A DNA stretch of 64,000 nt. Origin: Clostridia bacterium. Its GTDB lineage: Bacteria > Bacillota > Clostridia > Oscillospirales > RGIG8002. Each line of letters begins with the position of its first letter. Positions within the stretch are counted from its first letter, which is position 1. The notes below the pieces were generated by a model. That model saw only the letters and a program-made list of their open reading frames with translations. It did not search any database and was not told where the DNA came from. Below, piece by piece: positions 30,736-38,776 of the stretch. Made by a program: the position numbers and the translations under genes. The stretch spans positions 6,710-70,709 of the forward strand of contig JAFZXI010000077.1 of the NCBI GenBank assembly GCA_017616855.1. Direction: 5' to 3'.

Positions 30736-31551
30736 TTATATTTCGCCGTTGATCATCTTATACAGCGCGTCCGCCACGCCGTCTTCGGCGTTTGAAAGCG
30801 TGACGTAATCCGCGACGGCGAGCAGCTCCGGAACGGCGTTTGCCATAGCGACGCCGAGCCCGGCGGCCTTTATCATCGGAATATCGTTCTTTTCGTCGCC
30901 GAAAGCGACGGTCTGCTCGCGCGGGATACCGTAGTATCCTGCAAGCTGGAGCAGCGCATCACCCTTTGAAACGTCCTTGTGCACGATTTCTATGTAGTTC
31001 GGCGAGGAACGGAATCCGACGACCCTGCCGGCGAATTGCTCGTCGACAAAGCGCTGATTGTCGTCTGTGAGCTCCGGGGAACTGACGTATATTATCTTCG
31101 TTATCCCATGCCTGACGATATCGTATATTTCATTCGGTGAGTCTATCACGGTAAGTTCCGCGTGCGGATAAAAGGATCTGTAAAAGGCGGTTTCGGGCGT
31201 CAACTTGCTGAAATAGAGGCGGTTATCCGACCAAACTATCATATCCGTGCCGCGCTCGGCGCCGGCTTCGTATGCTTTAACGGCGTCTTCGTTTTCAAGA
31301 TCGCGCCGGAATATTATTTCGCCGTCCGGCTTAATCAGCATCGCGCCGTTGTAAGTGATGACGGGGCAGGAGAGTCCGAGGCGCTCGATATAGCCCATAA
31401 CGACCGTGCTCTGAGCTCTTCCGGTGCATATGGTGAAAATCAGCCCCGCTTTTTCCGCGGCTTTTACCGCGGCGACTGAGGCGTCGGTGATTTTTGAGCT
31501 GCGGTCGAGCAGTGTGCCGTCGAGGTCGGCGGCGGCGAGTTTATACTTCAT
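30736..31551 (-). CDS. Cof-type HAD-IIB family hydrolase
   Basis: HAD motif I DLDGTLL near the N-terminus, plus C-terminal GDEKNDIPM. ATG 31551 (GGAGA upstream) is preferred. A GTG at 31575 would give a GTGA overlap with the upstream gene. Confidence 0.85.
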   Translation of the reverse strand: MKYKLAAADLDGTLLDRSSKITDASVAAVKAAEKAGLIFTICTGRAQSTVVMGYIERLGLSCPVITYNGAMLIKPDGEIIFRRDLENEDAVKAYEAGAERGTDMIVWSDNRLYFSKLTPETAFYRSFYPHAELTVIDSPNEIYDIVRHGITKIIYVSSPELTDDNQRFVDEQFAGRVVGFRSSPNYIEIVHKDVSKGDALLQLAGYYGIPREQTVAFGDEKNDIPMIKAAGLGVAMANAVPELLAVADYVTLSNAEDGVADALYKMINGEI

Positions 31552-31571
31552 TGGCGGTTTCTCCGTTGCGC

Positions 31572-31829
31572 TCACTTTTTGAAAATACCGAACAAACCCT
31601 TTTTCTCGTACGGCTTGCGGATTATTTCTTTGAGCTCGTAACCGGTCTCGGCTATTACTTCTTTTATCTTCTCGTCGGGTATATCGTCATCGGAGATTAT
31701 GACGGTTTCCTTGTCTGAATGCGATGACGATACCTTTTTGACGTCAAAGGCGTTGCGGACGGCGGCGTTGACGTGCGATTCGCACATTCCGCACATCATT
31801 CCTTCGATTTTGAGAGTTATTTCTATCAT
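31572..31829 (-). CDS. heavy-metal-associated (HMA) domain protein, CopZ-like
   Basis: 85 aa with the MxCxxC metal-binding motif (GMMCGMCESHV) in a ferredoxin-like HMA pattern. Confidence 0.8.
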   Translation of the reverse strand: MIEITLKIEGMMCGMCESHVNAAVRNAFDVKKVSSSHSDKETVIISDDDIPDEKIKEVIAETGYELKEIIRKPYEKKGLFGIFKK

Positions 31830-31854
31830 GGCGATTCTCCTTTCTTTCGCTGAT

Positions 31855-31883
31855 ATTTTACCAAATCAACACAATATTGTCAA
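31855..31883 (-). promoter_or_regulatory. sigma-A-type promoter for the HMA-HAD operon
   Basis: Minus strand reads TTGACA, 17 nt, then TAAAAT. Confidence 0.55.
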
Positions 31884-31916
31884 GTGCCGCAAAACCCGAT
31901 ATGGTACTGAAACGTA

Positions 31917-31951
31917 ATAAAAAACACGGCGCAGCGCGCCGTGTTTTTTTG
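31917..31951. terminator. bidirectional rho-independent terminator (ends the HD-GYP gene)
   Basis: AAAAAAA-ACACGGCGC-agc-GCGCCGTGT-TTTTTTT. Confidence 0.7.
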
Positions 31952-31971
31952 ATGAAAAATAACAGCGGGAA

Positions 31972-33255
31972 TCACTGTTTGGAGAGCTCCTCGAACTCTT
32001 TTCTGTGGTCGAGGAAAACCTTCGCGAGCTTCGGATCGAAATGTGAACCCGCCTCATCGGCGATAATGCTGAAGGCCTCTTCCGTTGACATCGCTTCTTT
32101 GTAGCAGCGTTCGGATATGAGCGCGTCGAAGACGTCGGCGATCGCCATGATTCTGGCGGAAAGGGGAGTTTTTTCTTCCGTGCGGCCTTCCGGGTATCCT
32201 TTGCCGTCCCATTTTTCATGGTGGTAGGTCGCTATATCGGAGGCAAAATCCTGATACGATTCGTCCGCGATACCGTTGAGCACCTCGCGCACAACGTCGC
32301 CGCCGACTGCGGCATGCCGCTTCATTATCGTAAACTCTTCTTCCGTCAGTTTGCCCGGCTTTTTGAGTATGCGGTCGGGAACAACGACCTTTCCGATATC
32401 ATGCATCGGCGCGAGTGTGTAAAGAAGCGCGATGAAATCGTCGGTTATCTCATCGCTGTAAACTCCGTCTTCGCGGGCGAACTCAGCCAGCGCTTTCGCG
32501 TAAGCGCTCGTGCGCGTGATGTGCTCGCCGGTCTCCATATCGCGGTTTTCGATGAGGTTTGCCAGTCCGGAAATGATGTGCTCCTGCATGGCGGACATCT
32601 TTTTCTGGTTCGAGACGAGCTCCGCTTGAATATCCTGTTGGACGAGGTCGTTATAGTAGATGTAGCAGATGCAAGCGCTGATCGCAACGGCGATATATGT
32701 GATATTGAGCTTGAATATCGTCATCGGAAGCATTCCGGCTATGAGCACAACGAGCACCATGCCGATGGTCAGTCTGTCTCTGTGGCGGAATCTCTTGCCT
32801 ACGATAATCATGCTTACGAGCAGGTAGGCCAGACTTGCGAAATAGAAAACTCCGTATATGAAGAAAAGCTTTCCGCGGTGATAGCCGTCCGCGTCGAAGT
32901 AAAACATCCATCCGAAAGGCGCGGCAATGGCTTCCACAAGCAGGTTAACGGAAAAGAATACGATGGCGGTTTTCCTCTGATTGTGGAGACCGAGCGCTCC
33001 GGAGAACAGAATGCCCAAAAGGGGAGAAAGCGAAAACTGGATGACCGTGATAATCGTCAACGGGATCGCAAACGACGGTTTATACTCGATGCCGTGGACG
33101 CAGAACTCCGCCGCGGAGCAAAGCATGACTGCGATGAACGTAAGCAGATACCACACCTTCTGGACCTTGGTGAAACCGGAATAGGTCAGAACGTGAAGCG
33201 TCATCGCGAGCATCAACAGCTCAGTCAAAAGAATTACGCAAGAATAGAAAGTCAT
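31972..33255 (-). CDS. membrane-bound HD-GYP domain protein (putative c-di-GMP phosphodiesterase)
   Basis: N-terminal polytopic membrane domain (~6-7 TM), then HD-GYP signatures (…HDIGKVVVP…, …HHEKWDGKGYP…). No clear SD or promoter upstream of ATG 33255. Confidence 0.85.
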   Translation of the reverse strand: MTFYSCVILLTELLMLAMTLHVLTYSGFTKVQKVWYLLTFIAVMLCSAAEFCVHGIEYKPSFAIPLTIITVIQFSLSPLLGILFSGALGLHNQRKTAIVFFSVNLLVEAIAAPFGWMFYFDADGYHRGKLFFIYGVFYFASLAYLLVSMIIVGKRFRHRDRLTIGMVLVVLIAGMLPMTIFKLNITYIAVAISACICYIYYNDLVQQDIQAELVSNQKKMSAMQEHIISGLANLIENRDMETGEHITRTSAYAKALAEFAREDGVYSDEITDDFIALLYTLAPMHDIGKVVVPDRILKKPGKLTEEEFTIMKRHAAVGGDVVREVLNGIADESYQDFASDIATYHHEKWDGKGYPEGRTEEKTPLSARIMAIADVFDALISERCYKEAMSTEEAFSIIADEAGSHFDPKLAKVFLDHRKEFEELSKQ

Positions 33256-33307
33256 TATGAATTTTCAAAAAATGTATAAATAAGGCGAGAGCGCGAATGC
33301 TGATTTC

Positions 33308-33394
33308 TCCGCTTCGCTGCGCTTGCGGATTTGGAGCTCCGTTTCGAATCCTTTCCGAATCCGACTAATAGAATGAGCCACCCGTTTGGGTGGC
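33308..33394. repeat. copy 1 of an ~87-nt direct repeat (contains the 19-nt core and half of a palindrome)
   Basis: Matches 33622-33709 with two substitutions and one small substitution/indel site, by eye. Confidence 0.85.
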
Positions 33395-33430
33395 GTTGAG
33401 TGGCCATGCGTGCGCTACTGCAAATCACAA

Positions 33431-33527
33431 CTTTCGATTCTCGCTTGCGCAACGCTCCGCCGGAGCGTTGCTGCCGAAGCCGCTGCGCGCCTTCGGAGCT
33501 CCGTTTCGAATCCCTCCTTCTCCGCCA
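33431..33527. repeat. variant repeat unit: two 10-bp hairpins, the 19-nt core, and an inverted copy of the tRNA-Ser 3' end
   Basis: Hairpin GCAACGCTCC-gcc-GGAGCGTTGC (33449-33471), hairpin CCGAAG…CTTCGG (33474-33496), core GGAGCTCCGTTTCGAATCC (33495-33513). Positions 33505-33527 equal the reverse complement of 33719-33741. Confidence 0.85.
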
Positions 33528-33553
33528 AAATAAAGAGCCGCCAGAATGGCGGT
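33527..33553 (-). terminator. intrinsic terminator inside the repeat array
   Basis: Minus strand reads ACCGCCA-ttc-TGGCGGC followed by TCTTTATTTT. Confidence 0.55.
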
Positions 33554-33567
33554 AACTGTAAATGGAT

Positions 33568-33718
33568 CGGAGGGATTCTCTTCTCGCTGACGCAACAGTC
33601 CACCGGACTGTTGCTCCCAAATCCGCTTCACTGCGCTTGCGGATTTGGAGCTCCGTTTCGAATCCTTTCCAAATCCGACTAATAGAATGAGCCACCCAAT
33701 TTGGGTGGCTCATTCTAT
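33568..33718. repeat. full repeat unit: two 10-bp hairpins, core, third complementary arm, and a ~17-bp-arm palindrome abutting the tRNA
   Basis: Hairpin GCAACAGTCC-acc-GGACTGTTGC (33592-33614). CCAAATCCGC (33617-33626) pairs with GCGGATTTGG (33639-33648), which can alternatively pair with CCAAATCCG (33669-33677). Core at 33647-33665. Palindrome AATAGAATGAGCCACCC…GGGTGGCTCATTCTATT (33681-33718). Confidence 0.85.
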
Positions 33719-33811
33719 TGGCGGAGAAGGAGGGATTCGAACCCTCGAGATGCTTTTGACACCTACACGATTTCCAATCGTGCGCCCTCGGCCAAGCTAG
33801 GCGACTTCTCC
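33719..33811 (-). tRNA. tRNA-Ser (anticodon GGA), CCA encoded
   Basis: Hand-folded cloverleaf. Acceptor GGAGAAG/CTTCTCC, anticodon arm CACGA-TTGGAAA-TCGTG, long variable arm (class II), T-arm GAGGG-TTCGAAT-CCCTC, discriminator G, CCA. Confidence 0.9.
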
Positions 33812-33844
33812 GAGTAACGCGCCCCGAAAGGGGCAACGCATATT

Positions 33845-33873
33845 ATTATACTTGCGGGTTTGCGTTTTGTCAA
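33845..33873 (-). promoter_or_regulatory. consensus sigma-A promoter upstream of tRNA-Ser
   Basis: Minus strand reads TTGACA (33873-33868), 17 nt, then TATAAT (33850-33845), ~33 nt upstream of the mature tRNA 5' end. Confidence 0.65.
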
Positions 33874-33896
33874 TCTATTTTTTCGCGTATCGACGA

Positions 33897-34682
33897 TTAT
33901 TTTTGATCGATGCCGAGGAGCTTTTCTGCATTCTTGTGAAGTATCATCTCGCGCTCGTCATCGGTAAGGTCGATGCGGTTGAATCTTTCAAACTCCGGCT
34001 CGAAGCTCCACATCGGGAAATCCGTGCCGAAAAGGAACTTGTCCGCGCCGTGAGCGCGAATGAAATCGCGCGCGAACTCCGGTGTTATATACGAAAGCGA
34101 GCTTGAAGTGTCCATATACACGTCAGTGCCGCAGAGCAGTGAGAGCGATTCGTTCCACGCGCGGTAACCGCCGAAATGCGCTCCGATGACCGTCAGTTTC
34201 GGGAAGTCGCCGATGACTTTTTTCAGTCGGGCGGGGGAGGACAAATCGGATCTGTCGTCGCCCATATGGAAAAGTATCGGCAGTCTGCCCTCGGCGGCTT
34301 CGTATATCCTGTAAGCGCCGGGGTCGTCTATGGCGAAGCCCTGAAACTCGGGGTGTATCTTCAGTCCCTTGCAGCCGAGCGAGATAACGCGGTCAATCTC
34401 TCCGGCGCAGTCCTCGAATCCGGCGTGTATCGAAGCGAAACCGAATACGCGGTCGTTGATTATGCCGGAAAGCCAGGTGTTAATGGAGATGACCTGGCGC
34501 GGCACCGTCGCGGTGGCGAGCAGGACGACCTTGCGCTCGGGGTCGCCGTCGAGAAATGCCTGCATGGTGGGCAGCTTGCCGTCCTCCTGCATGGGTATGC
34601 CGTAATAATCGCCGATGGCGTTGACGGCTTTCGTGACAATATTATCGGGAAATGCGTGGCAGTGGAAATCTATTATTTTCAT
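33897..34682 (-). CDS. amidohydrolase-2 family metal-dependent hydrolase (TIM barrel)
   Basis: N-terminal MKIIDFHCHAFP (metal-binding HxH) and overall amidohydrolase-2 pattern. Substrate unknown. Confidence 0.75.
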   Translation of the reverse strand: MKIIDFHCHAFPDNIVTKAVNAIGDYYGIPMQEDGKLPTMQAFLDGDPERKVVLLATATVPRQVISINTWLSGIINDRVFGFASIHAGFEDCAGEIDRVISLGCKGLKIHPEFQGFAIDDPGAYRIYEAAEGRLPILFHMGDDRSDLSSPARLKKVIGDFPKLTVIGAHFGGYRAWNESLSLLCGTDVYMDTSSSLSYITPEFARDFIRAHGADKFLFGTDFPMWSFEPEFERFNRIDLTDDEREMILHKNAEKLLGIDQK

Positions 34683-34706
34683 GGGGAGTCTTTCTTTTTC
34701 GGCGTA

Positions 34707-35723
34707 TCAGTCGCTCATAAGAGCGTTGTGGGAAATGGCGGAGAAGAGTCTTTCGTTCTCGAGCGCGATGCCGGTGCCTCTGACAACGCAGGAAACGGCG
34801 TCTTCGGCAACTACGGTCTGGATACCGGTGCGCTCGGTGAGCATATCGGCGAGGCCGCCTACCAGCGAGCCGCCGCCGGTAAGGTGGATCTTGTTCTTGG
34901 AGATGTCGGCGACAAGCTCCGGCTCGGTGCCTTCAAGGACGCGGCAGACGGCGTCGGAAATCGCGTTCGCCGGCTCTTCAAAGGCGTAAAGCATATCTTC
35001 GGAGTTGACCTCTATCGTTTTCGGGAGTCCCGTCATAAGGCAGCGCCCCTTTACGGGGATGGCTCTGACCTCGCGCGGCATATAGACGCAGCCGATGGCT
35101 TCCTTCGTATCCTGAGCCGTGCGGTCGCCGATAAGGACGTTGAACTTGCGGCGGATATACTTTATCAGCGCTTCGTCGAAGCGGTCGCCCGCGATTTTGA
35201 TAGAAGTCTTGTTCGCGACGCCGCCGAGTGAAATAACGGCGATGTCGGTCGTGCCGCCGCCGATGTCGACGACCATGTTGCCGCAGGGACGCGCGATGTC
35301 GATGCCCGCGCCGATCGCGGCGGCGATGGGTTCCTCGATTATGTAGACGTGACGCGCTCCGGCCTTCTTGACGGCGTTTCTGACCGCGAGGATTTCAACT
35401 TCCGTGATCGAGGAGGGAACGCATACCATGATGCGAGGCCAAAAACTCGTGTTGCCGAGGACCTTGCGGAGAAAATACTTTATCATCTTTTCCGTCAGGT
35501 CGTAGTCTGAGATAACTCCGTCCTTAAGCGGACGCACCGGCTCGATGGCGCCGGGAGCTCTGCCGAGCATCTGCTGCGCTTCAATGCCGACTTTTTTTAT
35601 TATTTTATTGACCTTATCGACGGCAACGACAGAGGGCTCGTTGAGGACGATGCCCTTGCCTTTGACGTAAATAAGCACCGTAGCGGTACCGAGGTCTATG
35701 CCGACGTCTGTGCCGAATGCCAT
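34707..35723 (-). CDS. mreB: rod shape-determining protein MreB/Mbl
   Basis: Actin-like ATPase motifs (GIDLGTATVLIY, DIGGGTTD, …LTGGGSL…). Confidence 0.93.
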   Translation of the reverse strand: MAFGTDVGIDLGTATVLIYVKGKGIVLNEPSVVAVDKVNKIIKKVGIEAQQMLGRAPGAIEPVRPLKDGVISDYDLTEKMIKYFLRKVLGNTSFWPRIMVCVPSSITEVEILAVRNAVKKAGARHVYIIEEPIAAAIGAGIDIARPCGNMVVDIGGGTTDIAVISLGGVANKTSIKIAGDRFDEALIKYIRRKFNVLIGDRTAQDTKEAIGCVYMPREVRAIPVKGRCLMTGLPKTIEVNSEDMLYAFEEPANAISDAVCRVLEGTEPELVADISKNKIHLTGGGSLVGGLADMLTERTGIQTVVAEDAVSCVVRGTGIALENERLFSAISHNALMSD

Positions 35724-35825
35724 ATATTTCTCCTTTCGCCGTTGAAACGGCTGCTTTTATGAGCGGGATGTTTATATCAACAAATTATTATAACGCGAAA
35801 ACGCTCCGAATGCAATAGGTGAGGC

Positions 35826-36572
35826 CTATTTTTTCCTTTTCTCCTGCTTTGTTGTGAAAAGCGTGATACAGTAAACTTCATTTGCTCCGTGAAGTTTAAG
35901 CATCTTGGCGCATTCACTCAAGGTCGAGCCGGTAGTGAAAACGTCGTCTATGAGCAGGACGTTTACGCCGAAAAGCTCGCCGCCTTCGTCATCTACGTCG
36001 AACACGCCGAAAACGTTCGCGTGCCGTTCGCTGTAGTTGCGGTTGCGCTGGCTCTGTGAGTTTTCGTCATGGTAGCGGAGCAGGCCGTTTTTGAGTTCAA
36101 CGCCTAATTCGGCGCACACAGCTTTCGCGAGAGTGCCGTTTGGGGATTTTCCGTAGCCGATCCGCGGCCCGCGAATTTTGTCGTCGATACGGGATTTGTG
36201 GTCCGGAACGCGAACGGCGAAGTCTATGCTTACTCCGGTGAAGTTTTCCCGTATCGTTTCCGCCATGTACGAAGCGAAGACTTCGGCGCGCCAGTCCTCG
36301 CGGTTCGTTTTGAATTTCAGCAGTCCCCGGATATACGGCTCGGCGTAATAAAACGGGGCTGCGGCCCGGTTGAACTCAAGCCCTTTTCCGCATTTGCAGT
36401 ACTTGCGCTCGCAGCCGCACTTACGGCAGAGGTTGCCTTTGACGTGCGGAAGATTTTCGCGGCAACGTTGGCAAACGGTTTCGGTCATTGGTATCAACTC
36501 GTCGCAGAAGGCGCACCTGTTGGGATAAATAAGATAGCCGAGTATCTTCAGCGGAGTAAGCTTGCGTTCCAT
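35826..36572 (-). CDS. comFC: ComF family protein (phosphoribosyltransferase-like competence protein)
   Basis: N-terminal Cys-rich zinc-finger region (CAFCDE…CQRC…CRKCG) and PRTase motif VLLIDDVFTTGST. Located downstream of recD2. Confidence 0.8.
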   Translation of the reverse strand: MERKLTPLKILGYLIYPNRCAFCDELIPMTETVCQRCRENLPHVKGNLCRKCGCERKYCKCGKGLEFNRAAAPFYYAEPYIRGLLKFKTNREDWRAEVFASYMAETIRENFTGVSIDFAVRVPDHKSRIDDKIRGPRIGYGKSPNGTLAKAVCAELGVELKNGLLRYHDENSQSQRNRNYSERHANVFGVFDVDDEGGELFGVNVLLIDDVFTTGSTLSECAKMLKLHGANEVYCITLFTTKQEKRKK

Positions 36573-36583
36573 TTTGCCCTCCG

Positions 36584-38776
36584 TTAAAGCGCTTCGAGTC
36601 GCAGGAACTGTGCGAGGGCTGTGTACCTGCGGCGTTCTTTGTTATTTTTGGTCATGTATTCCACGTCCTCGCGCGAACCGACGACGATGCACATGTCCTT
36701 CGCGCGCGTAACGGCGGTGTAGAACAGGTTGCGGTATTGCAGCTTTTTCGGCGCGGCGGTGGGGAAGATGACGTAAGAATACTCGCTGCCCTGACTTTTG
36801 TGCGCGGTTATCGCGTATGCGTGCTCGAGCTGCCCGAGCCATTCGAATGCGTATTGCGCCTGTCTGCCGTCGAAATCGATAGTTATGAAGGGTTCTTTTC
36901 CTATCGAGGTTATCATGCCGATGTCGCCGTTGTAGATGCCGGTGCCGACGCAGCCGTTCGCGGTTTTGTAAATAATGTCGTAGTTGTTTTTCGTCTGCAT
37001 GACCTTGTCGCCGACGCGGAAAACCGTGTTGCCGTAGGCGCGCTCTCCTTTGCTCGGCGAGGCCGGGTTAAGAACGGCTTGCAGACGGGCGTTCAGCGCG
37101 GCGGTGCCGCTTTCGCCGATACGGGTGGGGGATATGATCTGTATGTCGCGGAATGGGTCGGCTCCGTAGGCCTTGGGCAAACGGTTGACGCAGAGGTCAA
37201 CGACTATGTCCGCAATGGATGCCGCGTCGTTTCCGCGCAGGAAGAAGAAGTCGCGTTTCGTGTCGTTAAGCACGGGCATTTCGCCGTTCACGATGCTGTG
37301 TGCATTCGTGACGATAAGACTGTCTTCTGACTGGCGGAAGATAACGTCGAGGTCAACGCAGTGTATTATCTCGCTCTTGATTATGTCTTCGAGAATGTTG
37401 CCGGCGCCTACGGAAGGAAGCTGATTATAGTCGCCGACAAGCACGAGTCTGCAGCCCGGCTTTATCGCGCGCAGCAACGCGTCGAAAACGATGACGTCGA
37501 CCATTGAAAGCTCGTCTATAATAACGGCGTCGCATTCAAGCGGATTCGACTCGTCGCGAGTGAAAACCGGTATGTCATCGTCGTCATTGGGGACTACTTC
37601 GAGAAGGCGGTGGATGGTTTTCGCTTCCTTGCCTGTCAGCGCGGTCATGCGCATAGCGGCGCGTCCGGTCGGAGCTGCGAGCAGTATCTTCATGCCGTTG
37701 CGCTCAAACAGGGAAATGATGCCCCGGAGCGTCGTGGTTTTGCCGGTCCCGGGTCCGCCGGTAAGTACGAAGATGCCGTTTTCTGCGGCGGCGATTATCG
37801 CTTCCGTCTGTTTTTCGGAGTATTTGATGTTGTTTTCTTTCTCGATTTTCGGAAGCAGGTCCTTATATCTGAGCGCGCGGGTCTTGTACGAATTGAGCGC
37901 GTAAAGCCGCTCTGCGCAGTTGTTTTCCGCGGTGAAATACTCCGGCAGAAATATCTTTTCTGCTCCCGCGTCGCCGAAAGCGGTGAGGTATGCTTTGTCG
38001 ACGGAGTTGATAAGCGCTTCGTCAACGACAGATGGCGTTACAGTAAGCATTGTAGCCGTCAATTCGGTCAATTGTTTACGCGGGAGATACGTGTGTCCGT
38101 TCTGCAAATTGTAGCGCAGCATATAGCGCAAGCCAGCTTCGATACGCCTCGGGAACTCGCCGTCGAAACCGAGGCGCGCCGCGAGCGCGTCGCAGGCGGG
38201 GAAATCGAAGCCGCGTACGGCTTCGTATATCGCGTACGGGTTTCTTTCGACTGTATCCACGGCAGCTTCGCCGTATGCGTCGAAGATCTTTATCGCGTGG
38301 TTCGCTTCGATTCCGAGGTCAATCAGTGAAATTATCGTCGTTCTCGCGGAGTTTTCTCTCGCGAGCGCCGCGGCAAACTGCTCGGCTTTCGCGTATGTGA
38401 TGCCTCGCACTTTTGCAAGCTTGTCCGGATGATTTTCAATCACGTTCAGCGAATCGTTTCCGAATTTGTCCACGATTGCCTTTGCCGTTACCGGTCCGAT
38501 GCCTTTGATGGCGCCGGAGGAAAGGTATTTCATAATGACGTCGGCGCGTTCGGGAAGCTCTTTTTCGTAAGAAACGGAATTGAACTGTCTGCCGTATTTC
38601 GAGTGCACGACAAAACTGCCGGTGAGAGTCAGTATCTCGCCGGGGTTTACGTCCGCGAAAGTGCCGGCAACGGTGATTTCACCGCCGTCGGTCAGCAGTT
38701 TCAGTATTGTGTGGCGGTTCAGCTCGTTTACGTATATTACCGAGTTGACCGTCCCTTTGATGATCTCCGTTTCCAT
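36584..38776 (-). CDS. recD2: RecD2-type ATP-dependent DNA helicase
   Basis: SF1B helicase motifs (GGPGTGKTT, DELSMVD, LVGDYNQLPSVG), HhH region, C-terminal SH3-like/UvrD_C_2 part (…ITAHKSQGSE…). 730 aa. Confidence 0.9.
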   Translation of the reverse strand: METEIIKGTVNSVIYVNELNRHTILKLLTDGGEITVAGTFADVNPGEILTLTGSFVVHSKYGRQFNSVSYEKELPERADVIMKYLSSGAIKGIGPVTAKAIVDKFGNDSLNVIENHPDKLAKVRGITYAKAEQFAAALARENSARTTIISLIDLGIEANHAIKIFDAYGEAAVDTVERNPYAIYEAVRGFDFPACDALAARLGFDGEFPRRIEAGLRYMLRYNLQNGHTYLPRKQLTELTATMLTVTPSVVDEALINSVDKAYLTAFGDAGAEKIFLPEYFTAENNCAERLYALNSYKTRALRYKDLLPKIEKENNIKYSEKQTEAIIAAAENGIFVLTGGPGTGKTTTLRGIISLFERNGMKILLAAPTGRAAMRMTALTGKEAKTIHRLLEVVPNDDDDIPVFTRDESNPLECDAVIIDELSMVDVIVFDALLRAIKPGCRLVLVGDYNQLPSVGAGNILEDIIKSEIIHCVDLDVIFRQSEDSLIVTNAHSIVNGEMPVLNDTKRDFFFLRGNDAASIADIVVDLCVNRLPKAYGADPFRDIQIISPTRIGESGTAALNARLQAVLNPASPSKGERAYGNTVFRVGDKVMQTKNNYDIIYKTANGCVGTGIYNGDIGMITSIGKEPFITIDFDGRQAQYAFEWLGQLEHAYAITAHKSQGSEYSYVIFPTAAPKKLQYRNLFYTAVTRAKDMCIVVGSREDVEYMTKNNKERRRYTALAQFLRLEAL

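Noticed and set aside
33296-33720. CRISPR-like appearance of the repeated core.
   Set aside because: There are only three copies, with unequal spacing (162 and 152 nt). The 'spacers' themselves are repeated or structured, and there are no cas genes in the window.
33255-33836. 193-aa minus-strand ORF covering the repeat array and the tRNA.
   Set aside because: It reads straight through a tRNA gene, a terminator and palindromes. It has no RBS, and its sequence is Arg/Ser-rich nonsense.
33255-33875. Integrated mobile element or att scar at tRNA-Ser.
   Set aside because: There is no integrase, transposase or foreign gene cargo. The duplicated tRNA 3' end is inverted rather than direct, and only ~190 nt separate the two copies.
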